A stretch of 64,000 bases of DNA. Origin: Octopus bimaculoides (lineage: Eukaryota). Below are positions 62,501 through 64,000 of the stretch, piece after piece. The translations under genes were made by a program, and so were the position numbers. The notes beneath the pieces were generated by a model. The model was not told where the DNA came from. It worked only from the letters and a program-made list of their open reading frames with translations, and did not search any database. The stretch lies in NCBI RefSeq assembly GCF_001194135.2, contig NC_068982.1, forward strand, positions 167,208,428 through 167,272,427. Direction: 5' to 3'. The first letter of the stretch is position 1. Each line of letters begins with the position of its first letter.

Positions 62501-64000
62501 CTGTTGTCAGCTGTGGCCTATGTCTGTTTTTATTGCATAGAATGTAAGATTGTCAAAAGTTTAGCTAGCAAACTTTAGCTCTGGAAGCTGATGAAGTACT
62601 TATTTATTCAGTATCCATAGTACCTAAAGTATTGTAATCTAGATACAACTTGTGGGAGGTTATTCTGTGTTTGTACATTTACCAAGTATGCAATATAAAA
62701 TCAGTGAAAGGCTGCATACAATATAACCTTTGACTAATGAATTAGTTCCTCATTGATCTGGCTAGTTGTGATTCTGTGACTGCTGTGTAAAAGTGGGGGA
62801 TAAAAAAAATAGGTATTTTAGTGTGCCATGGGAGAAAATGTTTTCTCAGATTCATTAATTAAAAAAACTCAGTTGGGTTTTTGTCTAGATACTGAATCTC
62901 TAATTTTTTAGAGCATAGTGTATAGCGCTTGTGAAAATATGGGTAGCTGATTTGTTTACAGACAACTTGGATTTCCTACACTATGGATTTTGAAATAGTA
63001 TGATAAATTTTATATAGTTGTTTCACTTCATGTACTCTCTCAAACTAACTCTTTAATGTGCTTTGAAATGGACTACATGCTTTAAGCTCTAAATTTTAGA
63101 ACAGGGTTGTCACATTTAGAATAATGTTTGAAAACCATTGTTGTACCTTTGGGCACATCTTTCATTTCCCTTCCTTAATAATGAAATCTTAATCTCTATG
63201 TTGACTTTGGGAAGGAATGTTATTACATAAAATACCATTAAAATTTGCAGATGTCAATTTCTTCTTTTTTGCATAGAAAAAAGAAAAATTATTCCCAGTA
63301 AAAAGAAATCTGTAAAGTTGCTGGTCTCTTACATTGGTACAATTTATGAATTTGCAGGGGAGACACACAAATTGATTTAATCCTCCCAAGTACATGCCTA
63401 GTACATATTTCAATGATTTTGGAAAGATGAAAAGCAAAGTCAGTACCAAAATGGTTTTAAAGTTAAGAACAAAACTAAATACATACTTTCCTGAATCCAT
63501 TACATGAAAACAATGTAAGGTATGGATTTTGAAGACCTGGTATTTCCAGGTCTTTGAAGCAGGCTGGAATGTAATTTTGTAATGAAATAAATATGCAATG
63601 AATTTAATATGACCTTAGAAAGTAATTTTAGTCCCTTGAAAAAGGAAGATAAAATGAGAAGCTTAAGTAGATATCTAATTAAATTTCACTTGACAATAGA
63701 TGAAATGGATAGCTAAAACAACCAAAGGCAAATGCTTTGTTAGCAAAAGTTCTTTTGTCATGCTGAGTAGTAAGTTGCTTGAAAATGGTGATCTGTTGTC
63801 AAAATGAGTATTTATTTAGAATTAGTGTTGTAATATTGTACTAGACAAATTAAATAGAAGATAAGAATTGTTTTATAAACAAATTAAAAAACAAAAGACC
63901 TAATTTTCCAATTAGGTGTCAGTAATGGGAGTTTTTGATAGTTTTAATTATTAAGGAAGTAACATTAACATGCTTTTTTTTTTCATGGTTTTTATTTCTA

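Overview
AT-rich, repeat-dense animal genomic DNA from a gapped draft assembly. The SINE/RTE repeat families look cephalopod (Octopus-like); this is inferred from recalled repeat sequences, not from a search. No prokaryotic features, rRNA or CRISPR array. (1) Minus strand: an essentially complete CCDC149 orthologue, reconstructed by hand as 9 well-supported, phase-consistent coding exons (27785 to 6452) plus two weaker C-terminal exons (4453-4494, 1428-1501). (2) Plus strand: first coding exon of an STE20-like kinase (SLK/STK10 family) at 50896-51063, with a CpG-richer CRE/YY1 promoter about 1.4 kb upstream; its first intron runs off the window. (3) Between them, a candidate third gene that I cannot assign to a family, divergent from CCDC149 (exon candidates 28953-35998). 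The rest is retro- and DNA-transposon debris: RTE LINE fragments and tails, tRNA-derived SINEs, a Ty3/Gypsy fossil, a Helitron helicase end, hAT/piggyBac-type MITEs, foldback elements, and Penelope-type termini carrying hammerhead-ribozyme-like motifs. Most ORFs in the supplied track are microsatellite or repeat artefacts.
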